Below are positions 35,503-44,649 of a DNA stretch of 44,662 nt, in pieces. Below the pieces are notes generated by a model. The model saw only the letters and a list, made by a program, of their open reading frames with translations, had not been told where the DNA came from and did no database searches. Position numbers and translations under genes: made by a program. The stretch is from Leptospirales bacterium (GTDB taxonomy: Bacteria > Spirochaetota > Leptospiria > Turneriellales > JAOUFE01), in contig JBEQLE010000028.1 of NCBI GenBank assembly GCA_040326155.1, forward strand, positions 1 to 44,662. Reading direction: 5' to 3'. Every line of letters begins with the position of its first letter. The stretch's first letter is position 1.

Positions 35503-35970
35503 ATGAGCATACTGCTTTATACTGTTATAATTATTTTCTTTTTACTAATGGGCTACTCCTTTGCTAAAAAATATATTTTTGTTAAAGATCAACTTATGCA
35601 TACCAGCGGTAGCATAGAAAAAATCAGCATAGTACGGATAGGCGAGATGTGGTCTCCGGAGCTCTTCATCGATTATACTTTTTATCACGAGGGGGCAAAA
35701 TACGAAGGAAGCGATTATTTTCGTATCGATCGATTTATTGGTATCGAAAATATCTATCTGAGTGATCGAAACGGTTTTCCAGTGTTGGTGACACCAAACG
35801 AAGATTTTATCGGAGAAGAGTATATTGAAACTTTTTTACTGGAGTACAGGCAGGGGGCACCGGTAGAATTTAACATCGCATCTCTTCCCCATTCACGCCT
35901 GTATAGCGAGGAACGACAAAAAGATACGATGTTTGAGAATGTTGAAATTGATTTTCCCTGGACCCGTTAG
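35503..35970 (+). CDS. Membrane-anchored hypothetical protein (DUF3592-like architecture)
   Basis: N-terminal TM helix, then TSGSI...PELFIDYTFYHEGAKYEG beta pattern. Confidence 0.65.
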   Translation: MSILLYTVIIIFFLLMGYSFAKKYIFVKDQLMHTSGSIEKISIVRIGEMWSPELFIDYTFYHEGAKYEGSDYFRIDRFIGIENIYLSDRNGFPVLVTPNEDFIGEEYIETFLLEYRQGAPVEFNIASLPHSRLYSEERQKDTMFENVEIDFPWTR

Positions 35971-35980
35971 AAACGTTCCT

Positions 35981-36790
35981 TTAAAAACGTTCTTCTTTTA
36001 TTGTAAGCATCGAGCTTAAAGCGTCTTCGTAACGATTGGTTTTCATTAACGCGCAAGCGTAAGTAATGCAATCACCAAAGGTAAGTTCTTTTCTATTTTT
36101 TTTCGAAGACATAGATGCGTCAGTTTTTTGAATCCACTTTTTCATGTCAGAGTCGCTTTTAAATTTTCCTTTCAGCGACTTGTCAAGTGTTGGAAGACTC
36201 GGAACTTTATTTTTTTCTTTTAAATAATGAAAGAGTTTAGATGCGTCTGTATATTTTTCTTGCTCCAAAGCCGAAGTAGCTACTTTACTTAACATATTGT
36301 CATCCAGACGTTTTTGATCTTCTGGAGTCAACATTGAGAAAAAGTCCCATACTAGATGGTATTGAGCTACGGAGTAAGACGCCGCTATAGACAAACAGAG
36401 TGAAAAAAAAGTTTTATCGATTGCGTGTGACTTGTTGAGATAATTCAGCGATTTATGATATTGTTTTCGCTGGTAGTAGTGAAATCCCAGATTTTCCAGA
36501 TACAATGGCGAGCCGTTAAATTTTTCAAGCCCGGTAATCCATAGTTTTTCTGCTTCTTCAGGGTCAGCTTTTTGTTCCATTACGAAACAAATTTCGAGCA
36601 TATCTTCAGGTTTTTTGCAATGTGCAAGAATATCGTTTAATTCAGCAGGTTTCATTTTGGTGCCCTTCGATATTTTAGTTCGAAGGCTATCGTTCAGCTT
36701 CGCTGAGCTGCGGTTATTTTTCAATAAAGAGCTTTTCAACTGCTCTGTAAAAGGCGAAAAAAACTGAATAGAGTGGGTTGTAGTTTCCAT
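35981..36790 (-). CDS. TPR-containing protein
   Basis: GGGAG RBS before ATG 36790 (METTT...). TPR-like YLENLGFHYYQRKQYHKSLNYL and YACALMKTNRYEDAL. Confidence 0.75.
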   Translation of the reverse strand: METTTHSIQFFSPFTEQLKSSLLKNNRSSAKLNDSLRTKISKGTKMKPAELNDILAHCKKPEDMLEICFVMEQKADPEEAEKLWITGLEKFNGSPLYLENLGFHYYQRKQYHKSLNYLNKSHAIDKTFFSLCLSIAASYSVAQYHLVWDFFSMLTPEDQKRLDDNMLSKVATSALEQEKYTDASKLFHYLKEKNKVPSLPTLDKSLKGKFKSDSDMKKWIQKTDASMSSKKNRKELTFGDCITYACALMKTNRYEDALSSMLTIKEERF

Positions 36791-36888
36791 AAAATATTTC
36801 TCCCAAGAAAAGATTCTTGTATGAATATCGGAAATACTAAAAATATCTGAAGTAAAAATCGTTCTAGTTAAACAAGAAAAGTTTAGAA

Positions 36889-36915
36889 TCAAGAAAAAAC
36901 TAGATATGCCGATAA
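36889..36915 (+). promoter_or_regulatory. Sigma-28 (FliA) promoter upstream of remA
   Basis: TCAA(G)-N15-GCCGATAA: perfect -10 element and canonical spacing, followed by a GAGG RBS and ATG 36931. Confidence 0.7.
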
Positions 36916-36930
36916 TGAGCCGAGGCTATA

Positions 36931-37218
36931 ATGAAATTACTACATATTGGTTTTTCTAACGTTGTATCTCTCGATAAGGTGGTTGCCATTATATCACCTG
37001 AAACGGTTGCAGCGAAAAGAATTAGAGACATAGCTAGAGATAAACAGACGTTAATCGATTGCACAATGGGCAGAAAGCTTCGATCTATGATCTTAACGGA
37101 TACTGAATTCACGTTTTTATCCAGCTTACGTTCAGAGGCACTTTTGCAAAGGGTTGACCAGAGTTTTGAATCTGTTTCAGAAAAAGGCGATTCGAACTCG
37201 TCCTCTTCTGAGGATTAG
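36931..37218 (+). CDS. remA: RemA family (DUF370) regulator
   Basis: MKLLHIGFSNVV...VVAIISPE...KRI...LIDCTMGRKLRSMILTD...LSSL.SEAL.QR, the DUF370 pattern. Confidence 0.88.
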   Translation: MKLLHIGFSNVVSLDKVVAIISPETVAAKRIRDIARDKQTLIDCTMGRKLRSMILTDTEFTFLSSLRSEALLQRVDQSFESVSEKGDSNSSSSED

Positions 37219-38468
37219 TTTTTTGTTTTATAATAAACGCGATGCATGGAAAATTTGATATTGTCGTTTTCCGTGGTAATATTTAAAGTTCCGGTATTGT
37301 CGGCCTCAATATTCATTTTCAGGTTATCAGATGAATTATATTTGAGTTTGTATTTGCCTTTACTTTCACTAATCAGAAAAAGCTCACTTTTAGAAAAACG
37401 GGTTGGGTATGCGGTAAGAAACTCTGAGTAAACGAACGCATCGGTTATCCCTTTTTTATAATTTTTAATGACTCGGAAAATAGCTGACTCACTGTCAATG
37501 ACGGGAAGGTCTGTATTAAGTTCAGCTTGAATTGGTTTTTCTTTAAAAGTACCTTTTACTTTGTATTTTCCTTTGTCGACTCTTGATATTGTAAAGTAAT
37601 CTACCTGTTTTCCATTTTTATAACCAGTCGATTGCTGGCTCAATAATTCCCCCGAAACGGAACTTATATAGGCAACATTTTTTCTTTCGCTGATGGCAAA
37701 TTGGGTTTCATTTAAGGGAATGGTTTCCACAAAGTTCTCGACGTGTAATTCTAAATCGGAACTTTCATAAAAAGCGTAGGATTCAAAGTAGCCGATGGAC
37801 TTTTCGTTTAAATACACTATAAAAATCTTTCTCGATTTATAGGAACCGGACTGGGAAAACTTCTTTCTAAGATAGTCAGAACGCGCCAATGAATGGACTA
37901 CTTTATGAAAAGTTTCATAATAACCAGGTTCATCATGAAGGCAGATTACCGACCCGAGTCCCGGTTTGTGTAAAATTGATAACTTGTAATTGCCAAATTT
38001 TTTATCGTGGTCGTAATAGTCAAAAATATAGTTCATATGAACAATGTCACCGGCAAGTTCGGTTTTATATTCGTAAATGGAGTACGAAGCGATATTTTCA
38101 GAGGAGGAAAGGTGTTTTATGTGGGATAATAATTCCTGGCTAACCAGAACTTCTTTTTTGGTTATACTGCAGGTAATTGGCGTGCCAGAACCCACAGGAA
38201 TGGACAGTTCCACTTCTTTGTTTTCTATTTGTCGGCTTACCGGTTTAGAAGAGGCAAGGATTGTTATCGATGGTGACCCCCCGCTGGCGCGTTTTGAGAG
38301 ATCGGTGGCTTCCGAGTTTCTGTAAACATCAAGTGGGTTTTGCGGCTCAATTTCATCACTAAGATTGTCTTCGATAATAGTATATGACTCATCATCCGTA
38401 GTTTGTGTAGAGCTGCAATACATACTTGTGAAAGAAAGCAGTAGAAGTGTAAAAAGTGCACGTATCAT
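37215..38468 (-). CDS. Hypothetical lipoprotein
   Basis: MIRALFTLLLLSFTSMYC signal ending in Cys. 417 aa with a CLHDEPGY motif. Confidence 0.75.
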   Translation of the reverse strand: MIRALFTLLLLSFTSMYCSSTQTTDDESYTIIEDNLSDEIEPQNPLDVYRNSEATDLSKRASGGSPSITILASSKPVSRQIENKEVELSIPVGSGTPITCSITKKEVLVSQELLSHIKHLSSSENIASYSIYEYKTELAGDIVHMNYIFDYYDHDKKFGNYKLSILHKPGLGSVICLHDEPGYYETFHKVVHSLARSDYLRKKFSQSGSYKSRKIFIVYLNEKSIGYFESYAFYESSDLELHVENFVETIPLNETQFAISERKNVAYISSVSGELLSQQSTGYKNGKQVDYFTISRVDKGKYKVKGTFKEKPIQAELNTDLPVIDSESAIFRVIKNYKKGITDAFVYSEFLTAYPTRFSKSELFLISESKGKYKLKYNSSDNLKMNIEADNTGTLNITTENDNIKFSMHRVYYKTKN

Positions 38469-38473
38469 AATGT

Positions 38474-38501
38474 ATTAATATCGTTGGCCCTGAACTGTCA
38501 A
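38474..38501 (-). promoter_or_regulatory. Putative sigma-70 promoter, possibly giving a leaderless mRNA
   Basis: Perfect TTGACA (38501-38496), an AT-rich TATTAAT block, and an ATG 27 nt after the -35 element. No SD. Confidence 0.45.
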
Positions 38502-38521
38502 TTCGAAAACCAGGGGAACGC

Positions 38522-39406
38522 TTATTTCAATCGTTCGTTGGCGCTCTTCAAGAAAGAATCCATTAAAGATTGGGCGTAATAACCCATGTTGGAATCATAG
38601 GAAAAGCGAATTTTAATAAAATGGTTTTTGTACCCGGTAAGCAAGTAATGAACTGTCATTAACGTGTGTTTACGATTAAAGAAATTGTATGAGGCAATTA
38701 AATAGTCCCGGTTATCGGCGGAGGTTACCGACTGATCAACTTCCATTATGCCATATACATAGTTTCCTTCTTCCAGTTGATATAAGTCGTTTACGGGAAC
38801 TTGTATGTGGTTTTTAACGGTAGAGCTTCGAATACCATCTGGTATTTTTTCGAGTCCATAATTATAGACAAAAATAGAGGCGCTTATGCCGCTTGCTTCA
38901 TATGCAAATTCAAACCCGGAACCTTCTGTGTGATGTTCATAGTTTGTTATGGTGGCATCGCCAAAATTGGCAAGGCCGTCCGGGAAAAAAATGTTTATGG
39001 GCATGGACATGGAAACAAGAATACGGATGGCTTCTCGATGGTCTCCATCTTTTGCCATCTCTTCATTATATCGTAACTGGTTTGCAAAAAGCAGGGCTGT
39101 GTTTCCGTCTTCATCTTCGGCGTTTATATCAGCTCCAGATTGAATCAGCAAAGATACCGCTTTTGGTTTTCCGTAAGCGGCTGCAATCATTAAGGGGGAA
39201 ATTCCTTTGGCATCGCTCATGTTTACGTTGACGCCGTCCTTAATCATTTTCTTCATAGTTACCAGATCACCCGTTGAAGCAGCGTCAAAGAATGCATTTG
39301 GATCGAGTTTCTGCTTGTTGTTTTTTGAACCCTGGGGAGAGCTTTCCCCCGTAAAAACACCTATGAAGAATATTAAAAATAAAGATAAGAATAAAGTATT
39401 ACGCAT
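38522..39406 (-). CDS. Secreted ankyrin-repeat protein with unknown C-terminal domain
   Basis: Signal peptide, then GISPLMIAAAYGKPKAVSLLIQSGADINAEDEDGNTALLFA. Confidence 0.85.
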   Translation of the reverse strand: MRNTLFLSLFLIFFIGVFTGESSPQGSKNNKQKLDPNAFFDAASTGDLVTMKKMIKDGVNVNMSDAKGISPLMIAAAYGKPKAVSLLIQSGADINAEDEDGNTALLFANQLRYNEEMAKDGDHREAIRILVSMSMPINIFFPDGLANFGDATITNYEHHTEGSGFEFAYEASGISASIFVYNYGLEKIPDGIRSSTVKNHIQVPVNDLYQLEEGNYVYGIMEVDQSVTSADNRDYLIASYNFFNRKHTLMTVHYLLTGYKNHFIKIRFSYDSNMGYYAQSLMDSFLKSANERLK

Positions 39407-39481
39407 TTTGCCACCGAATTAATATATTTTAGCAATTGTACGTTCGTTGCGCTTGCGGTAAAACCTTTTTTTGCAATACAA

Positions 39482-39916
39482 TTAGGAAAATTTTGAATTT
39501 CCCCGTGTGCAGGACGAATTTTCGAACCAGGGTAGCTTGTGTCGGTTTCGTGCAACTTTGTCATAGGTCCAGTCGCGTAGCCGGTGGGGTATAATATACA
39601 ATAAAACAGCAAGTTTGTATTTTCCGCCAAGGCCCCGTAAAATCTGAATGACAGCTTCACTTTTTGTGTAGAGGTGATCACCTTTTTGATAAATTACCGA
39701 ACGGGTTGCAGGCAGGGGGTGGACCAGTTGTTGCACCGCATACTCGGAAGAAAGGGAGTAATAATGGTATTTTTTGGAAGAGTCGAGTCGGCTTAAGAAA
39801 GAGACCCAGAAATTGCAAAAACCACACTCTCCATCATAAAAAATATTGAAGGTTTTTCCGAGATCTGTTTTTTGTTCTTTCATGCTGACGCCTATTCTTA
39901 CGAACTTGTAATTCAT
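39482..39916 (-). CDS. DCC family (DUF393) thiol-disulfide oxidoreductase-like protein
   Basis: IFYDGECGFC (DxxCxxC), KSEAVIQI, LRDWTYDKVARNRH. The start may be ATG 39883. Confidence 0.9.
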   Translation of the reverse strand: MNYKFVRIGVSMKEQKTDLGKTFNIFYDGECGFCNFWVSFLSRLDSSKKYHYYSLSSEYAVQQLVHPLPATRSVIYQKGDHLYTKSEAVIQILRGLGGKYKLAVLLYIIPHRLRDWTYDKVARNRHKLPWFENSSCTRGNSKFS

Positions 39917-39985
39917 TTAGACGGTAAAAATGATTTGATTCCAGCGTATAGACCTGTTTTTCGGTTACTTTTGAAAAAGTTGATT

Positions 39986-40453
39986 CTATTTCAGTGTTTG
40001 TAAAGCCGTTTTCGCGATTTGACTATCGGGAAACTCTGTTAAAGTCTCTTCGTATTTTTGAATCGCTTCCGCTTTTTTCCCCATCTGGGAGAGGCAGAAA
40101 GCTTCATTGATGAGGTCCATTTCAAGGTATGAAATACGAGAAGAGCTTAAGAGAACCAGGTAGCGATATTGGTCTACCCATCGATGCTCTCGAAAAAAGA
40201 CGACACTTTCCTGGAAATAAACGAGGGCCTCTTCATAGCTCTGTTTTCTAGCCAGGTAGAGCCCTTTTCTGTGTTGACTCGGTACAGCGGTTCTAAGCGT
40301 GACTCCGAGTACAATATAGACTGCCGCAGCCATTACCAGAAAATACCGGTCCTCAATCTGATAAAATATAAACATCAACAGCAAAATAACCACAATCTGA
40401 GGAATCATCGAAAGCCATGCGGTTTGTCTTATGACAGGAGTTTTGGAAGCCAT
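39986..40453 (-). CDS. Membrane-anchored TPR protein
   Basis: Two N-terminal TM helices, then HRKGLYLARKQSYEEAL and NEAFCLSQMGKKAEAIQKYEETLTEFPDS. Confidence 0.8.
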   Translation of the reverse strand: MASKTPVIRQTAWLSMIPQIVVILLLMFIFYQIEDRYFLVMAAAVYIVLGVTLRTAVPSQHRKGLYLARKQSYEEALVYFQESVVFFREHRWVDQYRYLVLLSSSRISYLEMDLINEAFCLSQMGKKAEAIQKYEETLTEFPDSQIAKTALQTLK

Positions 40454-40494
40454 ACGGTATACTTTCTGATTGAAGGTTGTATCGACAAATCTAA

Positions 40495-40560
40495 TTCGAT
40501 TTTCGTTTGAAGTTTATTTCGGAAAAAAAGCGTGGTTTTTGAAAACCAGCTCCATGGTAT
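40495..40560 (+). repeat. Imperfect 66-bp direct repeat, copy 1
   Basis: TTCGAT-N5-TTTGAAGTTTATTTCGGAAAAAAAGCGTGGTTTTT-N6-CAGCTCCATGGTAT, matching 43027-43091. Confidence 0.8.
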
Positions 40561-40781
40561 TTATTTTATAAGGCGTGCGTATAGTCAATTATTTTCGATA
40601 GTCTCCTTTTCGCTCAGCAGGCTAACTGCCATGATCGCATAAACTATTGAACTTTGGAATCCAAGTAGGTGTTTCAGAAGTAATAAATAATTGCCGCGAC
40701 ATTAAGGTATTTATTATTCTTTACACGTAAGTTAAAAATTTAGAGTTCATTGAATGTTTAGATTTTTTACAGGAGAATAAA

Positions 40782-40955
40782 TTGGACTTAAAAGAAATCG
40801 AAAATCAAGTACTGCACTTACCAGAAAATGATAGAGCCGATTTAGCACAAAAAATATTGCTAAGTCTGGATACACCAACTGTTGATGAGATTGAAGAGGA
40901 TTGGTTGATTGAAGCACAACGCAGAGCTAAAGACCTTGATGAAGGTATTACTTGA
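40782..40955 (+). pseudogene. Truncated addiction-module antitoxin (TIGR02574/Unstab_antitox-like), toxin absent
   Basis: AGGAG RBS and TTG start. MDLKEIENQVLHLPENDRADLAQKILLSLDTPTVDEIEEDWLIEAQRRAKDLDEGIT* (57 aa) has the LxxxDRAxLAxxLLxSLD...WxxEAxRR pattern but lacks the usual final helix. Confidence 0.75.
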
Positions 40956-40981
40956 AAATTGAATATTTATCTGGAGAGAAA

Positions 40982-41770
40982 ATGAGTCAAGAAACTATCG
41001 TTAATCAATTTTGTACACCTCCATATCTAGAAGAAACCGAATTTGATAAGAAGGCATTTGCAAGTGCGGAAACTATGGATGTTGAGTTTGAAAACCGAAT
41101 ATTGAAAGGATACTCTATGGGCACCGGACAAAGTGTACTGCTTGTCCATGGGTGGAATTCTCGCGCCAGCCATTTGGCTTTGTTGGCTCGATCTCTTGTA
41201 AAAAAAGGATTTCGTGTTGTGGCATTTGATGGGCCAGCGCATGGGTACTCCAGAAGAGGTCCGGAGGATATGTCTAATTTGTTTGAGTTTTCCAGGGCAG
41301 TTTCATGTGTAGCAGGTAAAATAGATAATTTATATTCTGTAATCGGTCACTCTTTTGGAGGGATGACGGCGGCCTTTGCGATGTTGGGTAGAGGATTGTT
41401 ATCTGAATATCAAGTTGAGGTCGAAAAATTAATTTTAATAAGCTCTCCCGAAAGTTTATCGGGGGTTATTGAAAGGTATAATCAAAATAGAGGAGAATCG
41501 GATATACGGAAGGAATTGACTCAAGGTCTAGAAAAGACTTTCGATTTTACCGTTTCAGATTACGACCTGTCTTCCCGAATAGGGCTTTTGAATTCTGAGA
41601 TATTAATAATACATGATGAGCAAGATGAGGAAATTCCTGTTTCAATTGCATTAAATTTGAAAGAAGCAAGTAAAAAAGCCAGGCTGGTTCTTACAAAAGG
41701 CGCTGGCCATAAAAAAATACTAATAAGCCGTGACATGTTACGTTCCGTGAATGAATTTTTGTTGGCATAA
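40982..41770 (+). CDS. Alpha/beta hydrolase
   Basis: LVHGW, FDGPAHG, GHSFGG nucleophile elbow, IIHDEQD, GAGHKKIL. GGAGAG RBS before ATG 40982. Confidence 0.92.
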   Translation: MSQETIVNQFCTPPYLEETEFDKKAFASAETMDVEFENRILKGYSMGTGQSVLLVHGWNSRASHLALLARSLVKKGFRVVAFDGPAHGYSRRGPEDMSNLFEFSRAVSCVAGKIDNLYSVIGHSFGGMTAAFAMLGRGLLSEYQVEVEKLILISSPESLSGVIERYNQNRGESDIRKELTQGLEKTFDFTVSDYDLSSRIGLLNSEILIIHDEQDEEIPVSIALNLKEASKKARLVLTKGAGHKKILISRDMLRSVNEFLLA

Positions 41771-41902
41771 ATTTAACACTGTAACGCCAATTAAATATTG
41801 TTATTTACATCCCGCAGAGATTTTATAGTATTCCGTATAATATATTTTAGTTGTTTCCCTGATACAAGAGATGCAAAAAAGATATTATAATGTAGGAAAT
41901 AT

Positions 41903-42448
41903 ATGGAAAAAATTCAAAAAATTGGTGTATATTTTTCTATGTGTTTTTTTGCGGTGTTTGTCGCCGGTATCTATGGTGTCTTTCACGATCAAATTAGCTA
42001 TACATTTTCGAGTGAATATTTTACCCATTTTAAATTCAAGCAATTTGCAATTCCATGGGCCTATGAGAATCCTCGTTTCGGGGCTGCCTATGTTGGTTTT
42101 TTAGCTACCTGGTGGATGGGTGTGTTAGTATATTTACCTCTTGGTTTGTTTGGTTTTATGTTTACAACACCAAGACAAATGGGTACATATCTGGCTAAAT
42201 CGCTTATTGTAGTAGTCATTGTCGCCCTTGTTACAGGTTTATTGGGTTTACTATATGGGTATTATCAAATTACCGAGTCCACAAATGCAAGTAATATACA
42301 TTGTGCGTGTATCGGGGTTACAGAGCAAATTCAATTTGCTCGGGTTGGGTATATGCACAATGCCAGTTATGCAGGTGGGGTGACAGGTTTGGTCGCCGGG
42401 GTTCTATATTTAGTAAGAGCTAAATTACGTTATGATAAGATGTTCTAA
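41903..42448 (+). CDS. Conserved-looking 4-TM membrane protein
   Basis: GIYGVFHDQISYTFSSEYFTHFKF, GFLATWWMG, VGYMHNASYAGG. AGGA RBS. Confidence 0.8.
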   Translation: MEKIQKIGVYFSMCFFAVFVAGIYGVFHDQISYTFSSEYFTHFKFKQFAIPWAYENPRFGAAYVGFLATWWMGVLVYLPLGLFGFMFTTPRQMGTYLAKSLIVVVIVALVTGLLGLLYGYYQITESTNASNIHCACIGVTEQIQFARVGYMHNASYAGGVTGLVAGVLYLVRAKLRYDKMF

Positions 42449-42460
42449 AGAGGAGATATT

Positions 42461-42988
42461 ATGAATGAAAGACCGACATGGGCCACTGTAATTGGAATAT
42501 TGGGAATTATTGTTGCAAGTTTTGGAATGCTGGGCGGCATGAATGAGATTATAACCCCTTCCATAATGAAATTGCAAGAAGGAATATTTAATACAGTAGA
42601 GAAGGGATTCTCAAATATAGAGATGCCTTCCGGTTCGCAGTCAAAGGATAATCCATTTACTACCATGACCAAAAAGATGAAAGATATTTTCCAACTTCCA
42701 CCATGGTTTGCAACATACTCTATTACCAGTGGAATTTTAAAATTACTCTTATGTGGCTTGTACCTTTTTGCATCGATTGGATTGCTCCAGATGAAACCCG
42801 CTTCCATTCGTCTGTTTTATATTGCCACAGGTTCAAGTATTATTCTCAATGTAGTAAAAGGCATTATTGCTGTATCTGCATTGTCTTTTCTCGGTGGTAC
42901 CATGATTGTGCTCGGGTCTGTGGGCGTGGTAATTGATATAGTGTTTATTGCTGTAGTAGCATCCGGCAATAAAGAGGGTTTCATTTAG
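42461..42988 (+). CDS. Hypothetical 4-TM membrane protein
   Basis: GAGGAG RBS, RPTWATVIGILGII start and four hydrophobic helices. Confidence 0.8.
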   Translation: MNERPTWATVIGILGIIVASFGMLGGMNEIITPSIMKLQEGIFNTVEKGFSNIEMPSGSQSKDNPFTTMTKKMKDIFQLPPWFATYSITSGILKLLLCGLYLFASIGLLQMKPASIRLFYIATGSSIILNVVKGIIAVSALSFLGGTMIVLGSVGVVIDIVFIAVVASGNKEGFI

Positions 42989-43026
42989 GTCACAAAAAAA
43001 TCCTTCGGTTTTTTTATGTAGATACG

Positions 43027-43091
43027 TTCGATGATCCTTTGAAGTTTTTTTCGAAAAAAAGCGTGGTTTTTTTTCGACAGCTTCGTGGTAT
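43027..43091 (+). repeat. Imperfect 66-bp direct repeat, copy 2
   Basis: TTCGAT-N5-TTTGAAGTTTTTTTCGAAAAAAAGCGTGGTTTTT-N6-CAGCTTCGTGGTAT. Confidence 0.8.
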
Positions 43092-43150
43092 CCTAGCGCA
43101 TCAAAAACCCTGCGGTTTTGGCTTAAAATAAAAATCTTTTTAAAATATCA

Positions 43151-43813
43151 TTGACCCAACGACTTTTTATTGAACTTTTGCGAGTGCGTTTAGTTGTTAA
43201 AAGTCCTGTGAAAGAATTAGAGAGTGTCGCTGTTGAGATTTCTCCTTTTTCAAAGCGTATTCAACTTTTTTTTGATAACTTTCTGATTCCGTTTAAAAAG
43301 GGAACTCACCAGACCAATACGCATGTAACCCCGTCGGGAGTCCACATTCATTTTCACGTCAGGCGTCCCTGTTTTACGTTTTATCCCGTTGTTCGGTTTG
43401 CCCACTCGGAGGCTCGGTTTTTGCCTCGTTTGAAACTGTTCGAACTTTTTTTAATGTATATTCCCTTTATTCTGTTTTTTGGTTTCGGGATAACTATTTC
43501 TCTGGCTACTTTTTTTATCTGGGGTCTCGATAAAATTGAGCCGATTACGGTCAGTGCGAGCTCATTAGCGGCACCGAGTATTTTTATCTACTTTCTGTTT
43601 GATGCGTATCATCATCCAATTTCAATGGCTATAGAAGGGGGGTTTTTAACAATATTTGGTTTAATTTTTATAATAATAAGTTCCCTTCTTGTGCGTCTTG
43701 AGTTACCAATATTCTTTAGAACTCTGTTTTGTACCGCTTTGGTATTTCTGGGGTTTTTCTCTTCGAATTTTATTTATATGCTCCTGTTTAAACGCCCCTT
43801 TTTGTTATGGTAA
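43151..43813 (+). CDS. Hypothetical membrane protein, start uncertain
   Basis: 220-codon ORF with four C-terminal hydrophobic helices, ending 3 bp before the next gene. TTG 43151 has no RBS; GTG 43208 is an in-frame alternative. Confidence 0.55.
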   Translation: MTQRLFIELLRVRLVVKSPVKELESVAVEISPFSKRIQLFFDNFLIPFKKGTHQTNTHVTPSGVHIHFHVRRPCFTFYPVVRFAHSEARFLPRLKLFELFLMYIPFILFFGFGITISLATFFIWGLDKIEPITVSASSLAAPSIFIYFLFDAYHHPISMAIEGGFLTIFGLIFIIISSLLVRLELPIFFRTLFCTALVFLGFFSSNFIYMLLFKRPFLLW

Positions 43814-43816
43814 AAT

Positions 43817-44317
43817 ATGGATATTCTAATTCCCTCTCACTCACTCACTCCGAAAGAGTATTTTAAAATTATAGCCATTCATTACTTTCGACGTCGCTGG
43901 TGGCTTTACATCGTCTGGGCCGGGATGCTGGTTTATTCCATTCACCTTATTTTGTATGGGAATCCGAATGAGCCAATGTCTACGTTTCGAATCTGGGTTC
44001 CCCTGTTTCTGCTTTCGTTGCCCGCTTTATACATATACAATTTTTATCGTTTTACTCACCACTCGATGAATGAACTTCACTATCTGCCGCGAACCATTCG
44101 AGTTACCGACAAAGAGATTATTCTTACCCGCAAGTCGCGAAAGCCAGACTCCATAACCTGGGATAAAATTGGTGGTTTCCGTTCCGGCAAAAAATACTTT
44201 TTTTTATATATTACCTCCGTTCAGTTTATTCCTTTGCCGCAAGAACTCTTTGAAAGCCACGACCAAAAAAACCTGTTGCAGAAATTTGTTCGAAGTAAAA
44301 AAATCAAGAAGATGTAG
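43817..44317 (+). CDS. YcxB family protein
   Basis: Two TM helices, then ITWDKI...KYFFLYI...FIPLPQELF, the YcxB C-terminal pattern. Confidence 0.8.
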   Translation: MDILIPSHSLTPKEYFKIIAIHYFRRRWWLYIVWAGMLVYSIHLILYGNPNEPMSTFRIWVPLFLLSLPALYIYNFYRFTHHSMNELHYLPRTIRVTDKEIILTRKSRKPDSITWDKIGGFRSGKKYFFLYITSVQFIPLPQELFESHDQKNLLQKFVRSKKIKKM

Positions 44318-44522
44318 AAAACCGTTTATGAGGGTGAAAAGTCCCCCTGGCTCTGGCTTTTTTCAGGGTCACACGGTGCCCCCTAAAAAGAGCCGCCGCC
44401 ACCCCCATTGGGTTTTAGTGAATTTGTTAAGTTCGTTTTCGAATTTTTGTTATACAATATTTATATTTATTTTTCCGGCTAATCGCCGGGGAGGTGTGTT
44501 CTTTTCTTTTGCCGTCAAAAGA

Positions 44523-44649
44523 TCGGGTTTTCGTGCGAAAAACCCGAAGGACCTTGTCGCCTGACGCTACCGCTTTCGGCTCCTACGGCCAAAGTAACCA
44601 AAAGGCCTGGTTTCCGTTCGGGAAACCAGCCAGACCTTGTAACCTGACG
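44523..44649 (+). repeat. Tandem pair of REP-like units (hairpin + conserved 17-mer)
   Basis: Hairpin TCGGGTTTTCG/CGAAAA(A)CCCGA followed by GACCTTGTCGCCTGACG (44550-44566). Hairpin CTGGTTTCC/GGAAACCAG followed by GACCTTGTAACCTGACG (44633-44649). Confidence 0.65.

Noticed and set aside
41771..41806. ATTTAAC...GTTATTT mini-palindrome after the hydrolase as an attC site
   Set aside because: Only about 36 bp, below the attC size range, with weak pairing.
41830..41857. ATTCCGTATAATATATT resembling a dif/Xer site
   Set aside because: The left arm is similar, but the XerD arm (TTATGTTAAAT) is not matched. It is more likely a TATAAT promoter element.
44169..44564. 131-aa ORF at the window end
   Set aside because: It overlaps the YcxB gene out of frame and runs through palindromic non-coding repeats.
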